Below the pieces are notes generated by a model, which was not told the origin of the DNA, made no database searches, and was given only the letters and a program-made list of their open reading frames with translations. Shown piece by piece: positions 36,401 to 51,400 of a stretch of 64,000 nt of DNA. Origin of the DNA: Mizuhopecten yessoensis (Eukaryota); NCBI RefSeq assembly GCF_002113885.1, contig NW_018404097.1, positions 1,422,950 to 1,486,949 on the forward strand, given 5' to 3'. Numbering within the stretch: the stretch's first letter is position 1; every line of letters starts with the position of its first letter. The position numbers were made by a program, and so were the translations under genes.

Positions 36401-39400
36401 CAAATTCATATGGCATTCACATCATCTATGAATGCCATGGCCTACAATTAAAACGCTGGATACCACTGACCCTTCCTTGCTGTTTATTTATGAAGCAAAG
36501 CATACAAATTTCATATACTTAGTTGACCTAATTGCTGAAAATAGATTTGTTGGTTGTTCCCCTATGTTCCTCTCTGTACCCCTATGTTCCTCTCTGTACC
36601 CCTCTGTCCCCTCTGTTCCCCTCTGTCACCCTATGTCCTCCTCCGTCCCCCTCCGTTTTCCTCTGTCCCTTCTGTTCCCCTATGTCCCCCCCTGTTCCCC
36701 TCTGTCCCCTCTGTTCCCCTCTGTCACCCTCTGTCCCCTCTGTTCCCCTCTGTCCCCTCTGTTTCCCTATGTCCCCCTCTGTTCCCCTCTGTCCCCTCTG
36801 TTCCCCTATGTCACCCTATGTCCCCCTCTGGTCCCCTCCGTCCCCCTCCGTTTTCCTCTGTTCCCCTCTGTCACCCTCTGTCCCCTCTGTCCCCTCTGTT
36901 CCCCTCTGTCCCCTCTGTTCCCCTCTGTCCCCTCTGTCCCCTCTGTCCACCTCTGTTCCCCTCTGTCCCTTCTGTTCCCCTATGTTCCCCTCTGTCACCC
37001 TCTGTCCCCTCTGTTCCCCTATGTCCCCCTCTGTACCCCTATGTTCCCCTCTGTTCCCTCTGTTCCCCTGTCCCCTCTGTTCCCCTCTGTTCCCTCTGTT
37101 CCCTTCTGTTCCCCTATGTCCCCCTCTGTTCCCCTCTGTTCCCCTCTGTACCCCTATGTCCCCCTCTGTGTCCCTCTGTTCCCCTATGTCCCCTCTGTTC
37201 CCCTATGTCCCCTCTGTTCCCCTCTGTCCCCTCTGTTCCCTCTGTTTCCCTTTGTCCCCTTCTGTTCCCCTCTGCCCCCTCTGTCCCCTCTGTTCCCCTA
37301 TGTCCCCCTCTGTCCCCCTCTGTCCCCCTCTGTCCCCCTCCGTTTTCCTCCGTTCCCCTCTGTCACCCTCTGTCCCCTCTGTACCCCTCTGTCCCCTCTG
37401 TCCCCTCTGTCCCCTCTGTCCCCTCTGTCCCCTATGTTCCCCTCTGTCCCCTCTGTTCCCCTATGTCCCCCTCTGTTCCCCTCTGTTCCCCTATGTCCCC
37501 CTCTGTACCCCTATGTCCCCCTCTGTCCCCCTCTGTTCCCCTCTGTCCCCTCTGTTCCCCTATGTCCCCTCTGTTTCCCTATGTCCCACTCTGTTCCCCT
37601 CTGTACCCCCTTTTCCCCCCCCCTTCCCTCTGTTCCCCTATGTCCTCTCTGTTCCCCTATGTCCTCTCTGTTCCCCTATGTCTCCCTCTGTACCCCTATG
37701 TCCCCCCCTGTCCCCCTCTGTTCCCCTATGTCTCCCTCTGTACCCCTATGTCCCCCTCTTTACACCTCTGCCCCCTCTGTCCCCTCTGTACACCTCTGCC
37801 CCCTCTGTCCCCCTATGCCCCCCTCTGCCCCCTCTGTTCTCCTATGCCCCCCTCTGTCCCCTCTGTACACCTCTGCCCCCACTTTTCCCCTATGTCCCCT
37901 CTGTCCCCCCCTGTCCCCCTCTGTTCCCCCCTGTCCCCTCTGTTCCCCTATGTCCCCCTCTGTCCCCTCTGTTCCCCTATGTCCCCCTCTGTTCCCCTCT
38001 GTACCCCTATGTCCCCCTCTGTTCCCTCTGTTCCCCTATGTCCCCTCTGTTCCCCTATGTCCCCCTCTGTTCCCCTCTGTCCCCTCTGTTCCCCTCTATC
38101 CCCCTCTGTTCCCCTCTGTCCCCTCTGTTCCCCTATGTCCCCCTCTGTACCCCTCTGTCCCCTCTGTCCCCCTCCGCATCCCTCTGTCTGGAGATGTTCT
38201 GTAGACATGATCTTCTCATTTAATGGTGGATTTGTAACGACATTTCTAGCTCACATTTCTCACTTGATCTACTCCAAATGTTTTCTTCCTTTTCATTGAA
38301 ATGTACAGTTGATTGGATTTTGACTAGTGGCCCATATTGAGGCGTGTTCGATTGGAAGGCATGATGACAAAGATTGTCGTAAGAGATGAGATGAGGGGGC
38401 TTTACTTTGCTCAGGAGATGTAGCGTTCATTTAAACTGGATTAGGCACGATCTTTTACCGTAATTGTGTGGCTTCCATTGCTGAAATAAATCATGCATTA
38501 AATATCTAGATATTTTAATTTTCAATTTGAAGGGATTCTTAGACAATTAGATGTTAAGAGCAATTTTGATAGTAAATCTGTTCTCCTTTATAGCATTATT
38601 CACCTTGTTCTGAAATGAAATTAATTGCTGTATTCCTAATCATAAAACACCCTATTGCCCCCATTTCTGAGGCCCCTAAAAGTGTTGTAGAGTTGGTGTA
38701 TAACAAAATGTGTACTGTAGGAGTGTGTGATATTGTTGTGTATAAAAAAGCCCTGATGTATAAATATTTGAGATGACAACTATATCTGTTCATCTGTCTG
38801 TCCTCGTGTTGACCTGGGTAGAGTACCTTCTCCACGCCGCGGCTACTGATAATATTATAACCTTAGCTCCTCTGGTCACTGACTCGCTCACAATGTAATT
38901 AGCCCGTTGTATTATTATATTGTATTGTTTCAAGTTTCCCTTCTGTTTGGTTGAATCAGATGATTTTGTTAATTACATTTAATGGTAGTAATTGATTTAT
39001 AGGTATATAGATTTATATATATAGGCTGGATCAAGAGTCAAGGTTGGGGTGTGTGGAGATTAGCTGAGTGGTGGGATTGATATAAATATCTACCATGGTA
39101 ATGAGTGAGGGCTGTTGATGTATAAACTCATTCACCCCTGAAGACACATTTGAACTCCTCTAATTCAAAGGTTGGAATAGTTCATTATGAAATTTCAGGA
39201 GTGAATGAATTAAACAAGGGAGACTACTCCGTGTTTAACCCATTCACCCCTAAAGTCACATTTGAACCTTACCAAATCAAAGACTGGGTAAGTCCAGTTT
39301 AAATATGTAGGGGTGTCTGAGTTAAAGTGGTGTTTGGTAAATGGTTAGGTTCACGCATAGACACACATTGACACAACTACACAATGACACACCTACACAA

Positions 39401-42400
39401 TGACACACCTACAGAATGACACAACTACACAAAGACACACCTACACAATGCCACACCTACAAAACGACACCCCTATAAACTGACACAACTACACAATTAC
39501 ACACCTACACAATGACTCACCTACACAATGACAATACTACACAATCACACACCCACACAATGACACACCTCCACAATGACACAACTACATAATGACACAC
39601 CTACACACTGACACAACTACACAATCACACACCTACACAATGACTCACCTACACAATGACAATACTACACAATCACACACCCACACAATGACACACGTAC
39701 ACAAGGACACACCTACACAATGACTCACCTACACAATGACAATGACACAACTACCCAACGACACACCTACACACTGACACAACTACACAATTACACACCT
39801 ACACAATGACTCACCTACACAATGACACTCCTACACAATAACTCACCTACACAATGACAATGACACAAATACACAAAGACACACCTACACAATGACCCAC
39901 CTACCCAATGACACACCTACACACTGACACACCTACCCAATGACACAACTACACAATGATACCTATAAACTGACACCACTACATAATGACACACCTACAC
40001 AGTGACACACCTACAAAACGACACATCTATAAACCGACACAACAACACAATGACACACCTAGACAATGACACACCTACAGAATGACACAACTACACAATG
40101 GCACAACTACACAATGACTCACCTACACAATGACACAAATACACAAAGACACACCTACACAATGCCACACCTACACAATGACAATACTACACAATCACAC
40201 ACCTACACAATGACAATGACACAACTACACCATGACACAACTACACAATTACACACCTACACAATGACACACCTACACAATGACACACCTACACAATGAC
40301 ACACCTACAAAACGACACACCTATAAACCGACACAACTACACAATGACACCTATAAACTGACACAACTACAAAACAACACACCTATAAACTTACACAACA
40401 ACATACCTATAAACTGACACCACTACACAATGACACACCTACACAATGACACAACTACACAATGACACACCTACACAATGACACCTATAAACTGACACAA
40501 TGACACATCTATAAACTGACACAACTACACAACGACATGCCTACACGCCGTACTATGCTAGAATACATTTCAACCACTGGTTATGCTTTGATCAAGGATT
40601 GAAATATAATCTTATGTATTATGATGAATAGTTGAAATATATAACCTTGCATGCTTATGTCCAGTGGATGAAATTCATAACCTAGACTACTTATGACCAG
40701 TGGTGGAATTATAACCTAGAATGTTGTGTTTTAAAGTAGAAACTTATTGAAAATCCTGTGTACAATTGTCTGACTTACATTTCTCAGGGGGGAAATAAAG
40801 GCAAAAAATATTTGTTTGGTCCTGATACAAAATGTATAATGTTTGTAGTTGGGTGGGTCAGACCTTGAACATTTTAGTTGTGTAAGTGTGCCTTGTAAGG
40901 AAGAACGCAGACAGGATATCCTGAGGAAGTCAGCTCCCACCACTATCTCTCAGCAGAGTTTTTATAACACATGGAGTATCAAAAATTATCTAAAACATTT
41001 CAAACATGTTATCCTTGCTGTTCCAATGAAGAGATACCTTGTATTTGATGTTCTTAAGTTATCTGTGGCATTTGAAGGGGATGCACCTTAGACTATTGGA
41101 GGTTAAATTACGTGGGAAATGTACTAGAAATGAAAACACAGATGCAGAAATATGTTTGATTAAATTCAAGACAATTGGATGATGAATTACATGGAAATTG
41201 TAACTAGAAATGAAAACAAAGATGTTAAAATGAATTTAATCAAATTCAACAGTTAATTTCTTTCAGTTTGTATTGCAATTTCCTTTTTTTATTGATTTAT
41301 TTCAAGCACAAAAATCGAATTAATCTGCCTTTTTTTCAGACTCAGTTCACATAATAATTCAACTACTTTACTTTAGTTTTTTACTAGAAACTTTTCTTTA
41401 TATAGAAAACAATGGATGGGTATTTCAGTGTATGTATATATCTTGTAACTGTATCATTCAGCACAAAACACACACTGACTGGACATAGGGTTTGTTAACA
41501 TCTTCAGTTAGTTTTTTGTGGGTGTTTTTTAAACAAAGACATTGAGGAAACAATAGATTTTAACCCTCGTCCAGGGTTTAAACTTACCATTGTACACAGA
41601 AATGAGAGTAAACTGTTGTTGTGTTGGTGACCGTCCATCCCTGTACTGTGCTGGGTGAGCTGTAGACAGCAGGTATTGTTATGGTAGGATGGGTACCAGT
41701 TAGAGCAGCCACCCCACTTCATACTGCGTTAGAATCAGTGAGTCACCAAGACAATGACGGAAGTAGCATTGTCCACTTAACACAAATTATATAGCAAACA
41801 TAAATTTGCCAATTGTTAATTCTTACTTAATATGGGTAACATCTAAATTAACTATATTGAATACTTACTTGGTATGCCTCAATGTTCAGAAAGTTTAATA
41901 ATTAAGATATTTATACTAAAAATGTTGGTATTTGTGACCTGATTTTCAATTTGTGCATCCCATAAAGTTGACAATACTTTTTTACCCAAGGATGTTATTG
42001 CTTGATTTTGTCTGAGATCAGGTATCCTGGTAATCAGTACAATTAAAAGCTGTTAACGACCTAAGTTCATGTTTATCTCCTGGACTAGTATCCTGACTCC
42101 AGACCCTAATCTCTGTGCATCACACCACAGTATGTTAACAGTGCTGACACTGAAGTACTGATTAGATTAGTACAGAGATCTGGTGAATACAACATACTGA
42201 TTTTGTCTCTCTAAAATATCATATGTTTCTCACTCAGGTTTCGAGGTTGAAGCGTGTGCAAAAAGCAAACAGATCTTGGGGTAGGGGGACGGGACGGCAA
42301 GAGTGGATGGGCGAAGAGCAAATGGTATATAGGGGGTGGGGGAGAGGGATGGGGAAAGGAGGTTTGGTATATAGGGGGTGGGGGAGAGGGATGGGGAGAG

Positions 42401-45400
42401 GAGGTTTGCAAGGAGTAAAATAAGTTATACATTTTTCCTGAAGTCAAAAAATAAAAAATAGATATAAAAAAATGGATATTTTACTGAATCAGTTGACGGC
42501 TTAAATGCATGGGTATTATGGGTAAATTTAATAAGATAACATTTAATATCTTTAAAGCGTTAACTTAATGAATCAATGTCTAACGTTTAATCATTTTTGT
42601 TTTGTTAATTCAAATTTGAAGACATATTTTCCTATTCTGCATCCTAACAATTGCCCTTCCAGTAGTACAGAGATTTTACAGCGGTTAAATAAGTGGTTCA
42701 ATACAATGTTCAACAGCATGGACAGTAGGATAACCTGGTAGACAAGGGGTAGAATTAGTGACAAGGATGTATATACCTTGTAAAAACTGTATTAATGTGT
42801 GATTGACATAGTCAAGATTATTTGATTAAAAAAATAGAAAATTGTTTTCAGAGGACATCTTGTAGGCCTATAGCATTTATACTAAAATTATTTAATTTAT
42901 ATAATACAATGTAAAATTTTGGTTGGAACAACAACGTAAATTGATTAGCAAAGGATGCAAGATATTTTAACCAAACACTTAACTCTCAGTTATAAATTTG
43001 CTGAGTAATCATGATTAACGACCTTGTATGGTTTGATGTTTTGGTTAATTGAACCCACTTTAAATATGCAGTAGATGAATGTGTTGCGTTCAGGCTTTGA
43101 CATATGTTGGCTTTAGGCATACTATATATTTGGAACTTAATTGGATATTTAATGTCTTTGAACTATATCAGGGCAGCAAGGCTAGTTCTGTTCTGTGAGA
43201 TACACTTACATAATCATTGACATCAGCAATATATAGCCAGTCTAACCTGCCAATTAGCCCAGACAACTGAAAGTGTTATTATGATGTACTGATGATCTGA
43301 CCATGCCGTGTCGATACACTGTAAACCTACACAAGGGCTACCTTCCCTGACGTAATGAATTTCTTAGCTAAGTGCTGACCTGGTCGTTTGTTACATTGGT
43401 CATGTTGAGTATGATATTAGGGAAAATAGTCAACAGGATGAAATTATGATCATTTTAAAACAAGAAGAGTTTTACGTTATGTATTTCATTGTCATGATCA
43501 GTTTCATTGGCTGTTTTGATAAAATGCCAACTTTTACACAAATGTTATTTCTACAATGCACTTACCTGTATATTAATTAAGTTTTGTTTGATCATAATCT
43601 GCCTCACCAGATCTGTTTCTGTTTTCCCTGCAGTGTGTACATGCATAACAATGATGGTCACATGAGCATCAAACTCTTTGACAAATATAACAAGTTTGAT
43701 TTCATCAAAGTTGAATTTTCTTTTGCCACATGTAATTCTTTACAATATTTGGTTTTGTACTCTACAGGGTGTCCATTTCCTATATATTCCTATAAATTCC
43801 TATATAATTGACCATTCCTATATTTTTCCTATATTTTGCTAAAATTCCTATAAATTCCTATATTTCAAAAAAGAAATATCACTCATAACTCAAATTATAT
43901 TACAGCTTCAACAATATGTTGTCTTTATCAAAGGATTTTTGTCTTCCAAACTACATGAAGTTTTGATCCATGTTTCAAGTCAGTGTTTTGTCTATTTTCA
44001 CCATTTCATATGTTGTTGATGTCTGTAATGTTAATGCAAAAATTTTCTTTCTCGCTTGCATGACATATCTCTGACAATATCAGCCCAATCAATACTGGAA
44101 AGCGACAACCAGCTTAGAGCACGCTATCTCCATAACACCGCCCTTCCTGTTGGCTAGTTAGATAGCTAGTTAGTTACAAACAGTGAACAATTTCAAGCAA
44201 GCTTTTTTCCATCCAGTGCATATTGCTATAAGCTTAGAAATCATGAAAACACCAAAGCTATAATTAATTTTGATGCCAGTTTTACCTAACAGACGTCGCT
44301 GTAAGCTCAGCGGACCTGTAATCTCCTTTGATATGTGCATTGTCTAGAGTTGCCTAAGTTCACCAGAACTATATTTGTCTTAATGCCAGTATTATTTAGA
44401 TGTTGCCGTAAGCTTACCATACCCATACTCTAAAAGTTGATGCCTATGCTATTTAGACATTTTTGTAGGCTCACTAGAACTATACTAAGCTTTGATCCCA
44501 GTATTATATACTTCTGCAAGTTCGTGGAATGAAAAGGCCTAACGGTATCTCATTGCATGTTGTAAGGAATGACTGGTTCCGAGCCTCCTTGAGAATCGTG
44601 AGTTGTCTTCTGCCAAGGGGTCATTAAAGAAACCAAAATTTATCTGTTACTCCCGTTGCAGCAATTTGAAATCTATATCTTTGTGTTAATGTCTGCTCTA
44701 GTTTGTCGTTTTTGTCTGCTCTAGGTTTTCATTTCAATGGTGTCTCTCTAGGCACCCATCATTTCTGTGGTCTAACTTTGCAGTCTCCCTAGTCGCCCAT
44801 CTTACTGCTGTAGATACCGGTACCGCTGTAGATTGGTATTTGCTGTAAGCTCACCAGACCCACAAATGATGCTGAACATTGATGCCAGTATTATCTATAA
44901 ACATGGCTTTGTGTTTTATGTGTTTTGACAGAGGTCATGACTGACTATCACCAGACACCAAGCTCAGGGACTCGTTACAAACACAGATTGAAATAACCTC
45001 TTTTCCAATTGTCTGCGGTTTATTTTTACGGTAAACTGATCCCTTGTATTGATTAGGAGCTGGCATTGTTATGTCAGGTTCATTGCTCTAATGTTGACAG
45101 TCGTCATACTCCTAGTAAAAACCTGCCACATTTATTTCCAATTTGGTGCCAATTAATCCTGTATCTATAGATCATTAGTGTGGATTTAAAAGATGATTCT
45201 GGAGTGTAGATATTGGTGGGTACTTGTTCTTCTATGATCTGTTTACTGAATCACATCTTGTTGCTACAGTCAGGGTTTCTCTCTAATGCTGGCAATAATT
45301 TTGTTAATGTTGTTTCTGTAACTAACACAGATTGGGTGGACATCCTTTAGATTTTAATTAGTATCAAAAAATACTGATTGTTCCAAAATAGTGTTGATGA

Positions 45401-48400
45401 ATTTAATTGACCACAAAGTTTTGGAAAAATTGATTCACTAGAAATGTTTTCTGTATGGTTGACTTGTGGATCAATTTTACAACAACAGGCTAAATGTCAT
45501 TAATTATACTGCCATAGCAATCACACTGCCCCAATAATCACACTGCCACAACAATTATACTGCAACTGTAATTACTCTGCCACACATGTGCACTGCCACA
45601 ACAAGTATACTGCCATAACAATCACACTGCCACACCAATTATACTGCCATAGCAATCACACTGCCACAACAATTCTATTGCCATAGCAATCACACCGCCA
45701 CAACAAGTATACTGCCATAACAATCACCCTGCCACAACAAGTATACTGCCATAACAATCCCACTGCCACAACAAGTATACTGCCATAACAAGCACACTGC
45801 CACACCAAGTATACTGCCATAACAATCACACTGCCACACCAATTATACTGCCATAGCAATCACACTGCCACAACAAGTATACTGCCATAACAATCCCACT
45901 GCCACAACAAGTATACTGCCATAACAACCACACTGCCACAACAATTATACTGCCATAGCAATCACACTGCCACAACAAGTATACTGCCATAACAACCACA
46001 CTGCCACAACAATTATACTGCCATAGCAATCACACTGCCACAACAATTCTATTGCCATAGCAATCACACCGCCACAACAAGTATACTGCCATAACAATCA
46101 CCCTGCCACAACAAGTATACTGCCATAACAATCACCCTGCCACAACAAGTATACTGCCATAACAATCACACCGCCACAACAAGTATACTGCCATAACAAT
46201 CACCCTGCCACAACAAGTATACTGCCATAACAATCCCACTGCCACAACAAGTATACTGCCATAACAACCACACTGCCACAACAATTATACTGCCATAGCA
46301 ATCAAACTGCCACAACAATTATATTGCCATAGCAATCACACCGCCACAACAATTATACTGCCATAGCAATCACACTGCCACAACAATTACACTGCCATAG
46401 CAATCACACTGCCCCAATAATTATACTGCCACTGTAATTACTCTGCCACACATGTATACTGCCACAACAATTATGCTGCCACACATGTACACTGCCACAA
46501 CAACTATGCTTCCAGAGACAGTACACAGAAGAACAAAAGTGTGACAAAAACAAGAAATTTTCTCCTGAGGGTGACATACCGTTTTATTATTTTATACAGA
46601 AGTTTCAATTTTTGCTGCAGTGACACAAGAAATTCAATATTTTAGGAAAAGTAGCATAAAGTAAAAAACTGTAAACTAGCAAGTTTTTTTTTATATGAAT
46701 ACTCAGATTTTAGATTAGCAAAATCAAGTTTTATATATTATTAATCAGCATGATTCAATCGGGAGAATTGTGTCACCATGTCTGTCTCATGATGGCAGGA
46801 TTGACAGGGGATTTTAAAAAAGACAAATGTACAGGTCTGCCACAACCCATCATTGGTTTCCTGATATAGAATGACATGGAAGAGTAAGCAGGTCTGACTC
46901 CTCAGCACAGCGGCCCACACTGAAACAATTAATCGGCACATCTATCTGATGTTGTATTGATTTTTTCTGTTTTCTCTTTGTAGAACAAAGAGATATCAAA
47001 ATGAAGAGAAAACAACAAATACAGCAAATTAAACAAGAGGACCAGTTACTAGCAGCAGCAAAGAAATGGAGCAACGAAATTCTGCCCAACTGGGATTCAG
47101 CGTAATTATAATAATTGTCTATATCTTAATAGTTTTGGTGCAGTAGGAAAATACTTCAGTATAATATATCACATCCAGTAAATGTGTGTTTCCCAATAGT
47201 CTTAAAAGTAAATAAATATTCCTTTATTACATTTTCTAATACCTAGAGGCCATTTAATAGTCCCCCATTGAATACCATGTATATTTTACCTGTATGGTGG
47301 AATACTGATAACAAATGTGAAGTACAAGTTAAAAAATCAGTATATTCTGCCATACAGGTGAAACATTTATATATGATATTCAACAGGAAAACCATTAAAA
47401 AAGTGTGGGAATTATAAGCGTCAATGACATCGTTCCTAAATTTTGATATTTTAAAAATCCATGAAAGATATGTAGTTTATTACGTAGAGTTCCTTCTCTG
47501 GAACAGCAGCTCAGAAATCTTGAAAAATAAAAATGAATAAAAAATGGCAAACATGTAAACTACAAAGCTATTAACTTTGAGTTGATAGCAAAGCAAATCG
47601 TTACAAATTTTACTTTATCCCTTAATTAATTACATTATAAAAGTATGGTAAGTTACATGGCATGTTATAGTAAGTATGATTTGGTTTGACAGGAAAACGA
47701 CCAAGAAAACCAGGGAACTTTGGTGGCTGGGGATCCCTCCCATGGTACGAGGGAAGGTGTGGAAACTGGCCATTGGCAACGACCTAAATCTTACACAGGG
47801 TATGCTCCTACTTAGTGAAACATAGCTTTGTGAAGATACAGCTTTGGGGGGAGGAGTTGATAGCTTTGATCAGTCATACCCACCACAATCTTATTGCTGG
47901 ATTTGGTCAAAGATTATTTGTTTAAATATTAGTCACAGTACCTTTCAAAAAGAATTTCGAGATGGAGATATTTTAAGTTTATCAAATCTTGTATGATCTT
48001 GTTGTCTTGCAAAGGAGATGTTTGGTGTGTGTATAGGGTGTTTGGGAGATATTTGGTGTGTGTATAGGGTGTTTGGGAGATGTTTGGTGTGTGTATAGGG
48101 TGTTTGGGAGATGTTTGGTGTGTGTATAGGGTGTTTGGGAGATGTTTGGTGTGTGTATTACATTATGTAAATTATAAAATTTGAAAAAAAATTGACAGCA
48201 TCATATTGTCTACGCTTAGGCCATAATAAATTATTTGCTAGGTTCTCATCCCTGCCCGCCCCCTCTTTGAGGCCCCGCCCCATTTTTTTTTATTTGCGAA
48301 AAAAAAAAGAAAATACGAAATCCAGATTTTTTTTCCGTTTTCCGCTTCAAAAATTAGTTTTATATTATCAATTTCCGGTTGTAGAAAACTCGTCGTCTGC

Positions 48401-51400
48401 AAGTATGGTTTTTGTAATTCTAAAGCTGAAACGGCAACTTGCCGTTCTTAAAGATTGGTATGGGTGTTCAGTAGCCGATACTAAAACATTAATGCAAGTC
48501 TTTCATGAATTAGCCGAAGGAACAATTGACAAATCTGCGCCCGTCGAGTGTGGTAACAGGGCCGTTGTGTCGGCCGGTAAATCGAAAGTGGAACTGACCC
48601 AGTGTGATGGCGCATGTACGGTGGGGGAAGTGGTGTCGTACCTCGGAGCTTATTTAGAATTTAATATTGATGCTGATACAGAAGAGCAGTCGGCAACTGC
48701 CATTGCGAAATCCGACGCATTTACAATTTTAATGTCGGGATTTTCGAAAGCAACAATGACAAGGTCACTGTAATTAAAAGAGGACGATATGTGAAAAAGT
48801 AATGTGGTGTGTATTCATACCAAAAGTTAGTACAGATATATATGTGTACTGAACAGTGAAATGGTGTTCAATGTGTATACTGCATACTCAAAGTTGTTAT
48901 TAACAAAAAATAAAAATAAAATTTGCCCCCCCCGCCCCAATTTTGAACAGAATTTGGATGAGAATCTAGCAATTAATTTATTATGGCCTTAGGGTGTTGA
49001 AATTAATTCCTTGCCCCTTAACCAGTTCTAAGTAATTCATACCCTACAAACATACGTTTGTAAGGATCCAGTGTTATATGGGATTTTACTGTTGATGTTA
49101 TTTCTCTGATCCATTTAACATGCGAGATAGAGCCGACGTCAATGTTGAGTAGGTTGGTTGAGTAGGCGGGGTACTTCGCTGTGAGTGTGGATACGGAAAG
49201 GTATGCAGGGCGATTGAATAAAAAGTTGCATATAAGGCCATAATAAATTAATTGCTAGATTCTCATCCAAATTCTGTTCAAAATTGGGGCGGGGGGGGGC
49301 GAATTTTATTTTTATTTTTTATTTTTCCTAAAATTTGAAATGGTTGCAAATGTGTTAAAATAGTGCAATAAAGGCGCATGTTCAGTGTACATTTATCTTT
49401 ATTTTTTGTTAATAACAACTTTGAGTATGCAGTATACACATTGAACACCATTTCACTGTTCAGTCCACATATATATCTGTACTAACTTTTGGTATGAATA
49501 CACACCACATTACTTTTTCACATATCGTCCTCTTTTAATTACAGTGACCTTGTCATTGTTGCTTTAGAAAATCCCGACATTAAAATTGTAAATGCGTCGG
49601 ATTTCGCACTGGCAGTTGCCGACTGCTCTTCTGTATCAGCATCAATATTAAATTCTAAATAAGCTCCGAGGTACGACACCACTTCCCCCACCGTACATGC
49701 GCCATCACACTGGGTCAGTTCCACTTTCGATTTACCGGCCGACACAACGGCCCTGTTACCACACTCGACGGGCGCAGATTTGTCAATTGTTCCTTCGGCT
49801 AATTCATGAAAGACTTGCATTAATGTTTTAGTATCGGCTACTGAACACCCATACCAATCTTTAAGAACGGCAAGTTGCCGTTTCAGCTTTAGAATTACAA
49901 AAACCATACTTGCAGACGACGAGTTTTCTACAACCGGAAATTGATAATATAAAACTAATTTTTGAAGCGGAAAACGGGAAAAAAAATCCGGATTTCGTAT
50001 TTTCGTGGTTTTTTTCGCAAATAAAAAAAATTGGGGCGGGGCCTCAAAGAGGGGGCGGGCAGGGATGAGAACCTAGCAAATAATTTATTATGGCCTAAAT
50101 CCAGGGTGATGAAGACTCGCACATAGAGTCGAAACTAGTTGACCGTAATAAAAACCCAGGCATTGGTAACGCTTGAGCGTGTTGTGATTGAAACCTACCT
50201 GGATTCTCTGATCCATAATGTAAACACCAGATATACAAGATTTGATAGGGTGAAATAGTTTTTACATCATTGGAATAAAACTTGTATGTTACGTACAACA
50301 AGTAACTTGTCTGTTAGCCAACAATAGTGACCTATCTTATATAATATTTGCCTGAACACCGTACACCACCATACCGTTAAACTGTATGTTCATCCTGGTG
50401 AACCATTTGTTAATGTTGATGTAATGTTTTACAGAACTCTATGAGATTTGTGAAAGTCGTGCAGAAGACAGAATTCGGCTGACGCTGACAGCCTGCGACT
50501 CAGGAGAGATATATGGTACCTCTGAGAGTAAGTACTACGGTATCAGGAACCTCCTTCTTGACCCTCAGTCATGCTTATGAGTGACAGGGACAGTTCAAAT
50601 GTCAAAGTGTTTATCCTGGTCAAATTTGTGTCAGAGTATGCCTTTAAAATGGCTTAAAATGTTTTGCTCATATTGACCACTTAACCCATTCACCCCTGAA
50701 GTCACATTTGAACTTTACCGAATCAAAGACTGGGCAAGTCCATTTTAAAAATGTAGGAGTGAATGAGTTTAAACATGCCATGATGTTCACCACTGCTCAG
50801 TACCACTGTGATGACTCTCGCTCTGAGGTAACGGTCAAAATCTTGTAGACCACTGTGCTGTAAAATAGGATAAAGGGGAGATGAGGGGTTCATTCAGAAC
50901 TGAAAACTTTGATGGCTTCAAAACAACTTCTTACTAACCAAGAGTTATCTGTACAAGGGCTGCTATTAATCATTGGTCAGGAATATTTTATTCGCATTCC
51001 AGCTTGCCACTTTAAACATCACAGTGATCCTTTGTCTTTGTTCTAATTTGTTTTATCATTGTTCCAGTTTCCTTTATTTGGGTTACGCACTTGATGTAGG
51101 TTGTTACAATGTAAATGATATATGAACTATATTATTATAAATTTTCAAACTTAACAAAGATATGCGTGACACTTCCCATACTGATTGTGTCCCTATTGTT
51201 TACTTCAGCCTCATCTGAGCCTCCGTCCAGTAAAGAGTCCAGTGTTGAACTCATCAAGCTTGACGTATCACGAACATTCCCTCCACTCTGTATATTTCAA
51301 AAGGTAAATACAAATAAAGAACTACAGGAAGTAGATTTGCATCATCATATATTAATTTGACCAGGAAGAAATTACACAAAGATAATTTATTAAGTGTTAA

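Noticed and set aside
36432-38299. Three 560-590-aa Pro/Leu/Ser/Cys-rich ORFs
   Set aside because: All three frames are open only because the C/T repeat lacks stop codons; the region is intronic.
42238-42405. Possible cassette exon after ctcactcAG, with a G-rich duplicated 41-mer
   Set aside because: The required phase-1 frame hits TAG after about 15 codons and I found no phase-compatible donor.
43763-44870. TA-CAGGGTGTCC start and TTCCTATA repeats suggesting a DNA transposon end
   Set aside because: I could not find a matching right TIR or TSD, so the boundaries are unsupported.
44932-44996. Possible alternative terminal exon ([21 protein letters not shown]) after a good acceptor in intron 3
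   Set aside because: It is phase-compatible but short, with no homology or nearby poly(A) signal; it cannot be supported without RNA data.
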